A stretch of 64,000 bases of DNA from the human T2T-CHM13v2.0 reference genome, Homo sapiens: NCBI RefSeq assembly GCF_009914755.1, contig NC_060925.1, one strand, 5' to 3'. The position numbers were made by a program, and so were the translations under genes. Each line of letters opens with the position of its first letter. Positions within the stretch are counted from its first letter, which is position 1. Under the pieces are notes generated by a model. It did no database searches, was not told the origin of the DNA, and was given only the letters and a program-made list of their open reading frames with translations. Positions 1 through 13,199 of the stretch are shown piece by piece.

Positions 1-147
1 ACCATGCCTGGCTAATTTTGTATTTTTAGTAGAGATGGGGTTTCGCCATGTTGGTCAGGCTGGTCTCGAACTCCTGACCTCAAGTGATCTGCCCATCCCG
101 GCCTCCCAAAGTGTTGGGATTACAGGCGTGAGCCACTGTGCCCGGCC
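1..147 (-). mobile_element. Alu (S-type), left arm, cut by the window edge
   Basis: Reverse-complement Alu left arm ending ...gagccactgtgcccggcc. Confidence 0.92.
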
Positions 148-676
148 CCATAATGTTCTGTCCAATGTTACATGTTACACAGCAAGTAACTGGTGAAAGC
201 AAGAAGTTAAGAATAGGTAGTCTAACTCCAGAACGGCTCAAGAATTTCCCTTGCAAAGCACCTTCTGCTGAGATGTTTTAGACTATGCCCATTATCATCT
301 TATCCTAACAGACACAAGTGTCTGCAAAGCTACCCCTGAGCTTCTCCTGAGTCATTTATGAGATATATAGAGGGTCTGGATATCTAACCATGACTCCCAT
401 GCAGATTACCAGTACATCTTGTGTAGGTCTGCATAAACATTCTAACTCCCTCCTGATAGATTCATATTTCCCACTAAACATAGTCCTCCATTTTCTTCAG
501 CATAATTAAGAAATCTGTATTAGCTTCCTACTGGTAAGAACGAGAATTATGAATAGTAGGTTTGAAGAAAGGCTAGTTTTCACTGCACACCGAATACAGT
601 ATACAAGCTAACACTCCTAACAAGCCTAAAGAGAAGAAAATCAATTAAGCTTCATAAATGTGAAGTCAAAAGATAC

Positions 677-787
677 CTTCAGTCCCTCCAATTCATTTTC
701 CAGTTGCTTAGAATAGTGCTCACTCTGTTCACGTAGCTTCCTGTCTTTAGATGCTTCAGCAGCTAGAGCTTCTGTATGAACTTCCAG
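677..787 (-). CDS. CDC42BPA: CDC42BPA coding exon (~exon 14, 111 nt, phase 0 to 0): LEVHTEALAAEASKDRKLREQSEHYSKQLENELEGLK
   Basis: Contained in ORF 641..847. Acceptor ctgttttaaAG, donor AAG|GTATCT. The intron to the preceding exon is only 248 nt. Confidence 0.97.
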
Positions 788-1035
788 CTTTAAAACAGAA
801 TGAAAAATGCAGATTTCACGGTTATAATTTTTTTCCAAACAAAACATTTATCCCAATGAGAATTTACCTTGTAACAGGAAGATAATTCAAATGTTTAAAT
901 CCATATTAAATAATATTAATGAACTATAAAAATAACTTTAGAAATATTTTAAAAATTATATATTATATTACTAGTCTCAAAAAGCAGCTTTAATCACTAT
1001 CCCATGGGCACTACAAAATTTGCCTGACTACTAAC

Positions 1036-1278
1036 CTCTTTTTTGGCTCTTTCTGTTCTGCGCAGTTCTTGCCTTAAGCTTTCAACTTTTTGCATCACCA
1101 GGTCCACCTCTTCTTCCTTATCTCGGACATGGCGAGCAAGTTTCTGTTTTTGGGTGTGCAATTCTGTTAGCCGCTCATTGATCTCCATGAATTCCTGCAT
1201 GGCCAGTTTCCTCTGACAGTGTGCGTCTTTCAGCTCTTTGGATTGGTTTTTTAATCGCTCACTAGCCTGGACTAGTTC
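1036..1278 (-). CDS. CDC42BPA: CDC42BPA coding exon (~exon 13, 243 nt, phase 0 to 0): [30 protein letters not shown]...RRTERAKKE, coiled coil
   Basis: Overlaps ORF 997..1200. Acceptor aactgtAG, donor GAG|GTTAGT. Confidence 0.97.
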
Positions 1279-2095
1279 CTACAGTTTTGTAAAAAGAATA
1301 TAAGTTACCAATTCTGCAACCTAGAGACCAAATTTGGCCATCAGAATAGCTATCATTAAGTCAAGAAGAGCCAAAATTATTCACCTTAGGACAAATTAAA
1401 AGAAATAAACTACTTCTGAACAGATATTAACGGCATGGTGTCCTGATATAGTCTCAATTCCTTATGCTAATACAGTAAATGCACAGGAGCTGCTGATTTA
1501 ACCTTATAGTACCTTAGTTTCCACAAATGAGGAAAAAGTTTAGGAATAAACGATATGATGGTCAAAATAAATATTTGTGAAATTTAATAAATATGTGTGA
1601 GGTTGTTTTCATAAAAAACAAGTGTTGCCCTTGACATGGAGGCTACGCCTCAAGCCAGAAGCAAGGAGATAGAAACTAAACCGGAGACTCCCTAATTAAA
1701 ATGAGAAACTTAGAGGAGAGCTAAAGTGGACTCAGGGCAGTACCACTACCTGCCTCCCAGCAAAAGGAAATGCAAATTTTCTTTGGGGGAAAGAAGTGCA
1801 ATGAAATCTGAATTTTTCACATATTAAGAACAAACAAGAATGAGCTCACAACCACAGATTCCAAAATACTCAAAGAACAAAGCACCACAATCAAACAACA
1901 AAAACAATAAAAATAAACATCAAAGGTATCTTGGTATTAAAATCATTAGATATCAACACAAAATTGCTACATATGAAATATTTCAAGGAATAAAGGATGA
2001 AATAATAAAAACAAAAAAATGACAAAAGGCTATTAAAAATGACCAAGCAGATTTATAGAAGAACTGTATGGAACATTTAGAAATAGAAAACATAA

Positions 2096-2403
2096 GGCCA
2101 GGCACAGTTGCTCTCATCTATAATCCCAGCACTTTGGGAGGCTGAGGCAGGAGGATTGCTTGAGCCAAGGAGTTCAAGATCAGCCTAGGCGACATTGTGA
2201 GACCTTATCTCTACAAAAAATAACAATGTAAAAAAAAAAAAAAAGGCCAGGTATGGTGGTATGCACCTATAGTCGTAGCTACTAAGGTGGGAAGATGACT
2301 TGAGCCTGGGAGGCTGAGGCTGCAGGGAGCTGAGATCACTCCATTGCACTCTAGCTTGGGCAATACAGTGAGACTCCAACTCAAAAAAAAAGAAAAGAAA
2401 AGA
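2096..2403 (+). mobile_element. Alu (J-type)
   Basis: Dimeric Alu with A-rich linker and tail. Confidence 0.92.
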
Positions 2404-3013
2404 AGTGAAAAAATATAAATGTTAAAATTAAAGACATGCATCCATCACCACAGGAAGCTCTACATTTATGAATCAAGAAAAAATTTAGAAAACCCAAACC
2501 AGAAGTGTTCAAAAAATGACGCTGGGTAATACCAAAGAGAAATAAAAGACCGTAAAGAAATCAGAGGGAAAGAAAGACAAATCACCTATTCCCCATCCTC
2601 AAATAAGGCGGGGAGGAGGAAAATTAGACTAAGAACAGACACTGAAGAAGTAACAACAGCAACAGAAACAGGGTAAAATATTTTCAAAGATATGAGAAGA
2701 TAATTAAAATTATATACCCCAAAAATTACTTTTCAAGTCTGAGGCTTCATATAAACAAAACTGACAGAGCTTACCATAATCAGATCTGCACTAAAGGAAC
2801 CAGTAAAGCTTTATTTCAGGAAAAAAAAAAAAAAGATTTTAGAGATCTAATGCAAGAGAAATGAAGAGCTAATAAAATGGTTAACATGAATGTGAATGTA
2901 AACAAATGTGTATATAAGATTATACTATAAAAATGTTAACTTTGTACAGTAAACAAAAGATAACAGCTAAAATACTGGCCAATAACAACACATAAAGCTG
3001 TAAAGAGGTAATA

Positions 3014-3219
3014 CAGCTTGAATAATCCAAAAAATTTGAAATCTGAAATGTTTCAAAATCCAAAACATTTTGAGTGCCAACATGATGTTCAAAGGAAATG
3101 CTCACTGGAGCATTTCAGATTTTGGATTTTCAGGTTAGAAATACTCAATTGGTATAATGCAAATATTCCAAAATCCAAATGCTGGTCCCAAGCATTTCAG
3201 ATAAGGGATACTCAATCTG
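3014..3219. mobile_element. Tigger4/MER46-type Tc1-mariner MITE
   Basis: TA-flanked ends cagcttgaata... and ...gggatactcaatctg; internal sequence recognisable as Tigger4. Confidence 0.75.
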
Positions 3220-4335
3220 TAAAATTAAACGTCTTTAAATTGTTTGTGGGAAATAGTTTTAGGATATTTAACTTAAACTTAAACTTGGTTAATACACATG
3301 GTAGAAGCCAAGAGTAACCACCAAAAGACTAGAGAGTAAACTAAAATGTCAACAACAACAACAACAAATTTCAGTGAAGAAGAAATGATTTTGCAAACAA
3401 AAAGAGTTCTGGAGACTGCTGCACAAGAATGTAAATACACTTAACATTACTTAACTGTGCACTTGAAAATTGTTTAGATGGTAATTTTATGTTATACGTA
3501 TTTTACCACAGTTAAAAACTTTTGAGAAGGGAAGAAAGGAAATAAAAAGCAGCATGCAAAAATCATGACAAACAGAAAAAAAGATAGTAGAAACACATCC
3601 ATATACATTAGTAACCAGTTAAAGGCCATCTATTATACTGGATTAAGAAATGAAATCTTGACTTCAGTAGAAAAAGTATTACTAAGGATAAGGAATATCA
3701 CTACATAATGATAAAATTCAATACACTAAGAAGAAATATTATCCTAAACTTTTGTGCCTTCTATAAGAGAGTCTCAAAATCATTAAAAAGAAACTGTTAG
3801 AACTTCAGAGAAAAATTGGTAAACATCACTATAATGAAAAATTTTAATTTCTTAGTCATTAATAGATAAACCAGGTAGGCAAAAAAAAAAAAATAGTGAA
3901 TATAAAGACGATCTGAAAAGCTTCATACACAGAAGCTTGCTCTCTAAATTGGAACACGAACTATTTTCAAGAACACACATTGAATGTTTTAAAAATGGAA
4001 CAGGCTACGCCATGAAGCAAGTCTCAGTAGATTTCAAAGAACAGATACCACGTAGAGCAAGTTCTGTAATGACACTGCAACTAAATTAGAAGTCAACAAA
4101 AAAAGATAAAACTCCATATATTGAAAATTTTAAAAGATACTTATAAATAACTCATTGGTCCGTGAGAAAAAGCAGGAATGCAATTCAACTCTTTCTATGG
4201 ACCAGTATAATCTGAATATCAAAAAAAAGAAAAGAGGAAAAAAAAAAACACGTCAATCTCACTTATAAAAAACAGTGAAAACCCTTTTTGAAAATTAGTA
4301 AATCAGTTCCAGTGATATATAAAGTAGATATGCAT

Positions 4336-4565
4336 GAAGTCTGGAGCTAAACTCCTTGTGCTGAAAATCTAGCTCCACCACTTTCTATTTCTATGACCTT
4401 GAGCAAGTGAACTAACTTCTCTGTGCTTGGTCTCACCATTCATAAAATGAGAATAACACCTAACTCATGGGGCTGTGATGGAGATTAAATAATTTAATAT
4501 ATGTAAAGCATTCACAACAGTGCTATTAGAACAGATATTTGCTACATAAATGTTATCTATACTAT
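4336..4565 (+). mobile_element. MIR SINE
   Basis: Core tgaccttgagcaagt...aacttctctgtgc...taaaatgagaataac. Confidence 0.75.
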
Positions 4566-5036
4566 CACAGTATTATAAGAAATTTGGGCTTAACCCAGAA
4601 ATATAACAGTGGCTTAATATTAGAAAAAGTCTACAAACGTAGTTCACCACACCAACTTATTAAAGGACAAGAATCATATAATCATATCAATAGAGCACAG
4701 AAGGGCACATTTAATAAAGTCAGTATCCATTCTAAATAAAAGGTATTAACAAAATAGGAATAGAAGGTAACTTCTTTAACCTGATAAAAATTATTTATTA
4801 AAAACTTACAGCAAACATTATTAGCGATGAAATATCAGAGGCAGTTTCTTTAAAATCGGGGAACAAGATGGGGATGCCTGCTATTATCATTTCTAGTCAA
4901 CACTGTACTGAGGTTCTAGCTAATACAGTAAAACAAGAAAAGAAATGAAAGTCTTTTCTGTATGAAATTTTATGGAAGAACATTTTAAAAGAACTTTAAA
5001 TATATGGAGAGATATCATGTTTACAAATAAAAAGAC

Positions 5037-5630
5037 TTTAGGAATGCAGAGAAACTTTTATGTTTTTGCAGCTGGTCCCTTTTGAACAAATTTTACCGAA
5101 ACCTGGGCTAAATGAAAGTCTTAAAAAGTAACTTATAACTGATTTAGTAGTGAGAAAACTAAGAGATTTACCTTCTGGAGGTTATGTGTTTACATTTCAA
5201 GGTGGGGTGGGAGAGAGTAGGAGCCTGGACCAAGGGGGCTTCCTTTGATGGAGCAGGAGACTCTGGGCTTATATTTCCAGAGGGAATATTTATCTATATT
5301 CCAAAGGGTTAGAGAAAGAACCCAAGATCCTTCTCTTTAGATTTCCAAGGAACTCTCTCAGAACAGGAGAAAGCAGGAAGCAGTTGCTTCTTTCCTCTAT
5401 ATAAGCACCTGCATAAATGTTTTCAAGGCTCCTCATTTACAACACAGACTCCTTATGTGTAGGGTTTTATCCTGCCAGCTCTCAGGGTATTTCTCTTGGG
5501 GTAAGACTTGGCACAGAAGGGAGCCATGTAGTTATTCTTTGCTGTATGTAAGTAATAACAATCCGTTCTATTCTGGAAATCTGTGTGTATATTCAGAAAA
5601 ATAGTAATAAATATAGATAGTAAGAACTTA
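5037..5630 (+). mobile_element. Solo-LTR-like insertion splitting an L1 ORF2 fragment
   Basis: L1 sequence stops at 5036 and resumes at 5631. AAGAC flanks both sides. Internal TATA-like ctatataag near 5397. Confidence 0.5.
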
Positions 5631-5686
5631 AAGACAATATTGTAATGATGTTAATTCTCCCTAAATTGACCTATAAATTCAGTGCA

Positions 5687-5980
5687 TTTTTTTCCCCCTG
5701 AGATAGGGTCTTGCTCTGTTGATCAGGCTGGAGTGCAGTGACATGATCATGGCTCACTGCAGCCTCAATCTACCAGGCTCAAGTGAACCTCCTGCCTCAG
5801 CATCCTGAGCAGCTGGGATGACAGGTGTGCACCACCCAGCTAACTTTTTTATTTTTTGTAGAGACTGGGTCTCATTCTGTTGTTGCCTAGGCTGGTCTCA
5901 AACTCCTGGACTCAAGTGATCCTCCTGCCTCAGCCTCTCAAAAGTGCCAGGATTACAAGCATAAGTCACCATGCCCAGCT
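5687..5980 (-). mobile_element. Alu (J-type)
   Basis: Reverse-complement dimeric Alu. Confidence 0.9.
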
Positions 5981-8168
5981 GATTAAATGCAGTTTTAATC
6001 AAAATTCCATCTTCACAGTTTTCAAAAAATAGTTGAGATACAGACCTAAAAATTTAAAACTTTAAGATAAAAATTTAGGAGAATTTTTTAAAATCTCAGA
6101 TTTTTTATACAAGACAGCAAATACACTAACCATAAAAATATTGATAAATCTGGCCACAACAAACCTAAGAACACTTTTTAATAAAAAGATTCCTAAAAGC
6201 AAAAAGATAAGCCACTGAGAGATATTTGTAACACATATAACTCACAAAAGATTAGAATGCCCAAATATTTCCAAGAATTCTTATAACCAGTAAGAAAAAA
6301 ACCCAACAGAAAAATATACAAAAGATATTAAGAAGCATTTCACAAAAGAAATGTAAACGACAATAGACCCATGTGAAGATACTTGACCTCATTACTAATT
6401 AGAGAAATGCAAATTAAGACCACAACCAAACATTTTCTAAAACCTAAAATCTCAATTTAGACTAGATTGGCCAAAAGTAATAAATCTGGAAATATGAACA
6501 CAGAAACTCTACACTACTCGTGGAAATGGAAGTTGGTATGCTAGAAAACAGTTTGGCATTATAAAAAATCAGAATATTTGCTAACTCAATCAAAAAATGG
6601 GCAAAGGACCTCAGTGGACATTTCTCTAAGACGACATACAAATGGCCAATAGGTATATGAAAAAGTATTCAACATCACTAGTCATAAGAGAAGTAAACAT
6701 CAAAACCATAATGAGCTGTCACTTCACATCTATTGGAATGGCTATTTTTTTTAAAAGACAAAGGATAACAAGTGTTGGCAAGGAATGTGGAGAAAAATCA
6801 TTTTCTACTGCCTATAGGATATTAAGCAAATCACTCAAAGTCCTTTATTGGTATAATCTGTTTCTTTTCGTCAGCACTATCATCTTCTCAAAATATATAA
6901 AAAGGATTTTTAATACTAAAACATTAAAAATTGGTGACCACCTGTCACTATAAATCTAGCTATCTGATTTTCATCCTCTTTCCAAAGGGTTAGAGAAAGA
7001 ATCCAAGATCCTTCTCTTTAGATTTCCAAGGAAATCGCTCAGAAGAGTAGAAAGCAGGAAGCATAACGCCGATTATGTTAACTAAATTTGGCTGAGTAAT
7101 CCTACCAATAAAAATGGTAAACCATTAATATTACTATAATATTATTAAAGCAAATAGAACACTAACAGTTTTAAATGACAAATATTATTAAATTGGCAAT
7201 GAATTTAAATGGACCTATACAAAAAAATTGCTTGAAACCTCATTAAGCAGAAAGTAAAAATGTACTGGTCTATTTCAATCTATTCTTTAATAGCGTTCTC
7301 TTTTAGTCCTTTTGATTAGTTTCATCAGCTAAAGGTTATTTGTTTTATTTTTAATTCCCTCCATCTCCTTCCTGGCACCAAGACTTTCAAATCTTCCCCA
7401 GGAGGACTTCATTCATTCTATATTATCAGTGCATTATATTAATATATTACATCATTGAATACAACTTATGCTATGCCACAAACTACTGATTTCTTGTTTG
7501 CAATGGCTAGTATTAGTCCCAACATTTTTCTATTTGTTAATGAAAGTCACGGTGCTTAGCAGCATGTGGTTCAAGAAAAGTGTTTTCTCTAGTGCTTGAA
7601 TATTATTTACCCTATTGGGCTGTGTTACAGAGGCTTAGCTATCAATAAATTTTTTTGATGTTTAAAATAATGTTTAAATGTTTCACAAAGTTCTTATGAA
7701 AATAACTTTAGCTTATTTACCCCTGCTGCTTTGAAAGATAAAAACTGACATTTAAAACAAATCACCAAATAAATTTTAAATTATAATATTTTAAGAATGT
7801 TCATATCAGTAAGTTATAATGAAAATATGCCTGTATTTTAAATTTTTTCTATAGATGCTAAACAGTTTCTACTATTTTCTTATTTCTTCATGTTTCTTTT
7901 TCAATAACATTCTTTTAATCTAGTCCTTTGACTATTAACTTTCTAAAAGAACAAAAGATTCTGAACTTTCAAGCTTCAACAAAGTTTCTTAATTTCTAGC
8001 TACTAACCAAATAACATACACCAAAATAATCCTAAATTTTTAGACCAACTTTTAAGAAGATAAAATATACTATGTATTATTGTAATTCATTATGAATGCT
8101 TTCAGTATTCTTATTATACAAGATTCAAAATAGAGAAAAAGCTTTAATGATCTAGTCACATATTTTAC

Positions 8169-8302
8169 CTTATTTAGATCTTCTCTTTCTTGTTGTAACG
8201 TTTTGATTTGTTTTTCATAAGCCTTGATTTGTCTAAAAGCATCATCTAGTTCTTGCCTCACAGCATTAGCTTCTTCAAGTTGCTGTTCCAAATGACTTGA
8301 TT
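8169..8302 (-). CDS. CDC42BPA: CDC42BPA coding exon (~exon 12, 134 nt, phase 1 to 0): SSHLEQQLEEANAVRQELDDAFRQIKAYEKQIKTLQQEREDLNK
   Basis: Contained in ORF 8070..8312. Acceptor tttgtttttAG, donor AAG|GTAAAA. Confidence 0.97.
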
Positions 8303-8811
8303 CTAAAAACAAAAGACAATGTTTCTTTTACTATTTGTATAAAAGCAAATGATTGAACCTAAGGTAAAACAACTAAAATTTTTTTTAAAATTGGTATTTT
8401 CAATTTAGTGTTAGATCTGACAGTGTATACCAGTATGACTCTTGACAAATTAAATGCATTATCAGTTCACTGTAAAGACGGTGAATGGTGTATGCCAGTG
8501 TGAAGATGTGCAACAATGCCTTACATACTCATTAGGAAAAAAAAAAAAAGCATGCTTCCAAAAACAGCACCTTCGGAAAAATTAAAAATTTAAAACTAAC
8601 AAGCAACAATAAAACCAACCAAAAAAAGGGCAAGTTTTACTGCAGTGTTGGTAAGCATCCTAGTGCTGATGTTAGTCAAATTACCGTGTAAGACGGTTTT
8701 GATTCTAACAGGGTGGTTCCAAATCACTCAGTCTAGTTTCACCACTATTTATCTGAAGAATAAACTCTGATTTCTAAAGAGCAAATATCTGAAAAACTCC
8801 TGATCTAAATC

Positions 8812-8932
8812 AATTCTCCTATTTTTCAGATGAAGAAACTCAGGGAGTTGAATAATTTGCCTACAGTCACATTGCAAAATGTGTATCAGAGCTAAGACTA
8901 GAGCCCAGGAAATCTTGCACTGACTTTTCCAC
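8812..8932 (-). mobile_element. MIR fragment
   Basis: tttcagatgaagaaact...aatttgcctacagtcaca. Confidence 0.6.
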
Positions 8933-9170
8933 CTTACAAGATAATGTTATTAAATAATGTTTAACATTCTCAGATAAGAGGGGCTTTTAAGAAACAACAT
9001 TATTGATTTTAACCTATGCCTCAAAATGTAATAAATTGATAGGAAATGTTCCTGGTATCAAAAGTAAACTAGTAAAGAATTGAAGTCAGTGATACAGAGA
9101 AATCTAAACAACACTCATTATCGGTTCTGCTCTGGATATTTTCTGTTCTTTACACATTATTACTCTAAGT

Positions 9171-9499
9171 CAGCAATACCCAACCTTTTTGGCACCAGGG
9201 ACCAGTTTTGTGGAAGACAATTTTTCCACAGCCCAGGAGTCCGGGAGATGGTTTCGGGATGAAACTGTTCTACCTCAGATCATCAGGCATTAGTCAGATT
9301 CTCATAAGAGGCATGCAACCTAGATCCCTCGCATGAGCAGTTCACAATAGGGTTCACGGTCCCATGAGAATCTAATGCCACCGCTGATCTGACAGGAGGT
9401 GGAGCTCAGGCGCTAATGCTCACTCACCTGCCATTCACCTCCTGCTGTGCGGCCCAGTCTGCTGGTACCAGTTTGTCGCCCGAGAATTGGGGATCTCTG
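9171..9499. mobile_element. MER1B-type hAT-Charlie DNA transposon with 8-bp TSD
   Basis: cccaacctttttggcaccagggacc... signature. Perfect TSD CTCTAAGT at 9163-9170 and 9500-9507. Confidence 0.88.
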
Positions 9500-10121
9500 C
9501 TCTAAGTAACATCCCCAGACAAGTGACATGAGCATCCCCTAGGAACTTAGATATGGAGAATCTCAAGCCCCAGTCAAGACCTAATGAAGCAGAATCTATA
9601 CAGTATCCTCAAGTCATTCATTTGTACATTAATGTGTGGGAACCAGTGCACAAAGTGTTGTATATTGTTGAGACTGATGCTTTCAATAAATGAAGCAGTG
9701 TTAATATGTTAGTCCTATTGGGAAGAGCAATTCACTTGTGTAGATGAATCCTGGAGTCTAAAAATTACTTAAATGTATTAGTGTATCATGCATTGTATAG
9801 TTCTACATTCCATAAATAACTGATATCAGTGCAATAAATTGATAGATTTAAAACCTACTTTGAAAGTATAGTTATTAATAGCATAGTTAACTTTTGAAGA
9901 TGTAAAGTTGTATTAACTGGTTTTCATAGTATCTGAACAGTATCAATTAATGAATGCTTATGTGAAGAAAACTAAAAATCATAGGGTGTTTAATCTTAAT
10001 CATGGTGTTTAGTCTTATATTCAGAAAACTGTATTTTATCACTTTATCAAATTTTGGCATTTCATATGGGAATATTTCTATTTAAATCAATTTCTTTCAA
10101 ACACATTTAAATATTTTCTAG

Positions 10122-10487
<366 letters not shown>

Positions 10488-11385
10488 TAAATATTAATTT
10501 ACTTTTGTTATTTCTCATAATTAAGAGTAAAAATGTAGCCTGTAAGGCAGCTGACTTCTGTCACTTCCTGGTTCATTTTAATCTAATCTTATGGTTAAGG
10601 AAAATCAATTTAGAGTAGCAATATAGTACATTTAGTAATCCATTCTGAGCACACTTTCTTTCTTCTACTTCTGAAGTGTTCTTCTCTAACATGTTGTTTT
10701 TTCAGAAATTATTGTTACTGACTTATTTCAACAGCTCTGAGAAACAAAAAATTCAGTATTTCATAAAATTTCTCTACCATATAAAGTTTGTAACAGATGA
10801 TATCACAGGGGATAGCTTCTAAAAGCTTTAAGGATATTTTTACTGATTTGTTTCAATATAGTGTTAATTTCAGTTCTCACCACAGCCATTTCATTCTGGC
10901 TGCTTTGCAATGGAGTTGTTAGAGAATATATGTCAAATTTCCCTGTTTTATACTTCAGTCACTTTTCAAAAGTGAAAAAAGCTCAAAACATTCATTTAAA
11001 CAACAGTATGTGAATTATGAGAAGTAAAAAATAATGTACTAGATTAAGAAGTGTTGGAAAAGATAACCCCTCCCCTAATATTTAATAAAATCCTCCATTA
11101 TGGAGAGAAACACAGCACTTGTAATTTGGAAAACACAGAATGTTGCATTCCCAAAAGATGAAAACCCCATATCACGAAAAATCCAGAATGCTCTGAACTT
11201 TGGTCAAATACTATAAAATGAGTAAGGCAGCAGAGCCTTTACTTTCACTACAACAAATAGCAAATATGGCTATAATTCTGAAAGAAATCCAGAGACTATT
11301 ATAAATACCCAACACAATTAGCCATGACATTTAGATAAAGTTGTTAAAAACTAATTATAGTGAACAAATAGAAAAAGCTGTACTA

Positions 11386-11678
11386 GGCCGGGCACCATGG
11401 TTCATGCCTGTAATCCTAGCACTTTGGGAGGCCGAGGCTGGCAGATCACCTTAGGCCAGGGGTTCAAGACCAGCCCGGCTAACATGGTGAAACCCCATCT
11501 CTACTAGTATTACAACAATTAGCCAGGTGTGGCGCACACCTATAAACTCAGCTACTCGAGAAGGGCTGAGGCGGGAGAATCACTTGAACCTAGGAGGCGG
11601 AGGCTGCAGTGAGCCAAGATTGCATCGCTGCACTCCAGCCTGGGTGACAGAATGAGACTCTGTCTCAAAAGAAAAAAC
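11386..11678 (+). mobile_element. Alu (S-type)
   Basis: Full dimer flanked by ...gtacta on both sides. Confidence 0.93.
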
Positions 11679-12737
11679 AGTACTACGAAACTGGGTTAGC
11701 TGATACCAACTAAATGGTTCTTAGCTCACGGGTGCTATTTAGGACTATAAAATTCAACTTGTTAGTAATGAGGACTTAATGAAGGCATCATACATATGGG
11801 GTTATTTTCTTGGCACTGTATGGCATGGAAGAGAAATATAAAACATGGAATCTGTCTTGAAGGAGGTAAGTTAGACAACAGCAACACTCTTTAAAAAAAT
11901 AATAAAGTAGAAAATCAAATGCAAATTGTGTGGCAGGCTGTATGTGCTATAGGAATTGAGGTCAAAAAATGGGCATGATTAAAGCAGTATTCAAAGTGGA
12001 ACACTATAAACTGGAAAGGAGTTAAGACTAGACCCAGTGGGAGGTTGGCAGAATAACCAAAACATCTCCCTGATCCACAAGATGGATAGTTTCATTTTTC
12101 CCATTATGTAACTCTTCTGAGATGCGAAGAAACTTTATTTCTAATTATAATCAGTAAAAATAGGCTCCTTTATTATCAATGCCCCTATTCACAGGAGGTA
12201 GGGAGGGGAGAGAGAGAGAGAGTGTGTGTGTGTTAGTTTGGGGTTGGAGAAACAGAAACAGTACACAGAGGCACATATCCCCAACCTCAAGGCAACATAA
12301 GAACGAGAGTCTCAGAAGTACATTATAGATTATAATAAATTTTTCATTTAGGAGACAAAAAAATTCTATTTTCTCATACAAAAATATTAAATGAGGTATG
12401 AATTTTTTATTTAAAAAAATTTTATTTTTGTCTGCAGATACTCAACAAATATATATATAGTGTCAGTTATACAATACTGGCAATAAGCTTGGCACTAGGA
12501 ATATAGTGGGAAAACCTACTATAACCTACCCCTAACCTTTAGAAGCTCAGAGTATGGTAAAGAAGCAAATATTAAAAAGAAGTTGTCAATAATTATAAAA
12601 CTGTCGCATTTTTTTCCAGAAACTTAAAAATATTGGAGAACACTGCTGCTGGGAAACACAAGAGAAACAGTCATTAATGGTGGGTATTTGTATACACAAA
12701 GACTTTGCTCAAGAAGTATCTGGAGGAATGACAGATT

Positions 12738-12861
12738 GAAGGTATTTTTTCTTTGGAGGTATATTTTTTTTCTTCAGAGGTATATATTATTCAGAGGTAT
12801 GTATTTTTCTTTGGAGGTATATATTTTTTCTTTGAAGGTATATATATTTTTTTCTTCAGAG
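12738..12861. repeat. Degenerate minisatellite, ~6 units of (G/A)AGGTAT(AT)nTnCTT(TG/CA), 17-24 nt each
   Basis: Units read directly from the sequence. Confidence 0.85.
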
Positions 12862-13199
12862 CCAAATTAAAGTTGGGGCTACTCATCAGGCAGGTCCTAA
12901 GGGGAGACTTCAATTTGTATTTTTTTAAAAAAAGGGAAGGAAAGAAAGAAAGGGTAGGAAAAAAACAGTATGTGAAGGAAGTGGAGCATCACTGGGTGAT
13001 TCAGCATGGCTGGAATCACTGGGCAAGGAAGTAGTAACAAGAGACAAAGCTCGAGAGGCAAATACATGCATAATAATGAAGGGCCTTGTATTAGAATTGA
13101 GAAATTTCTACTTTATCCTGGAGGCAATGAGGATCCACTGAAGATAGGTATGTTGAAGCTGTGACCTCAACAGACTTATACTTTAAAAGCTTACTCTGG

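Larger units (their letters stand above)
1850..6800 (+). mobile_element. Degraded old L1 (L1M-type) ORF1/ORF2/3' fragments, interrupted by younger elements
   Basis: A-rich sequence with L1 hallmarks, e.g. atggagagatatcatgtt...aagacaatattgtaatgatg and gaaatgcaaattaagaccaca. Boundaries approximate. Confidence 0.65.
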
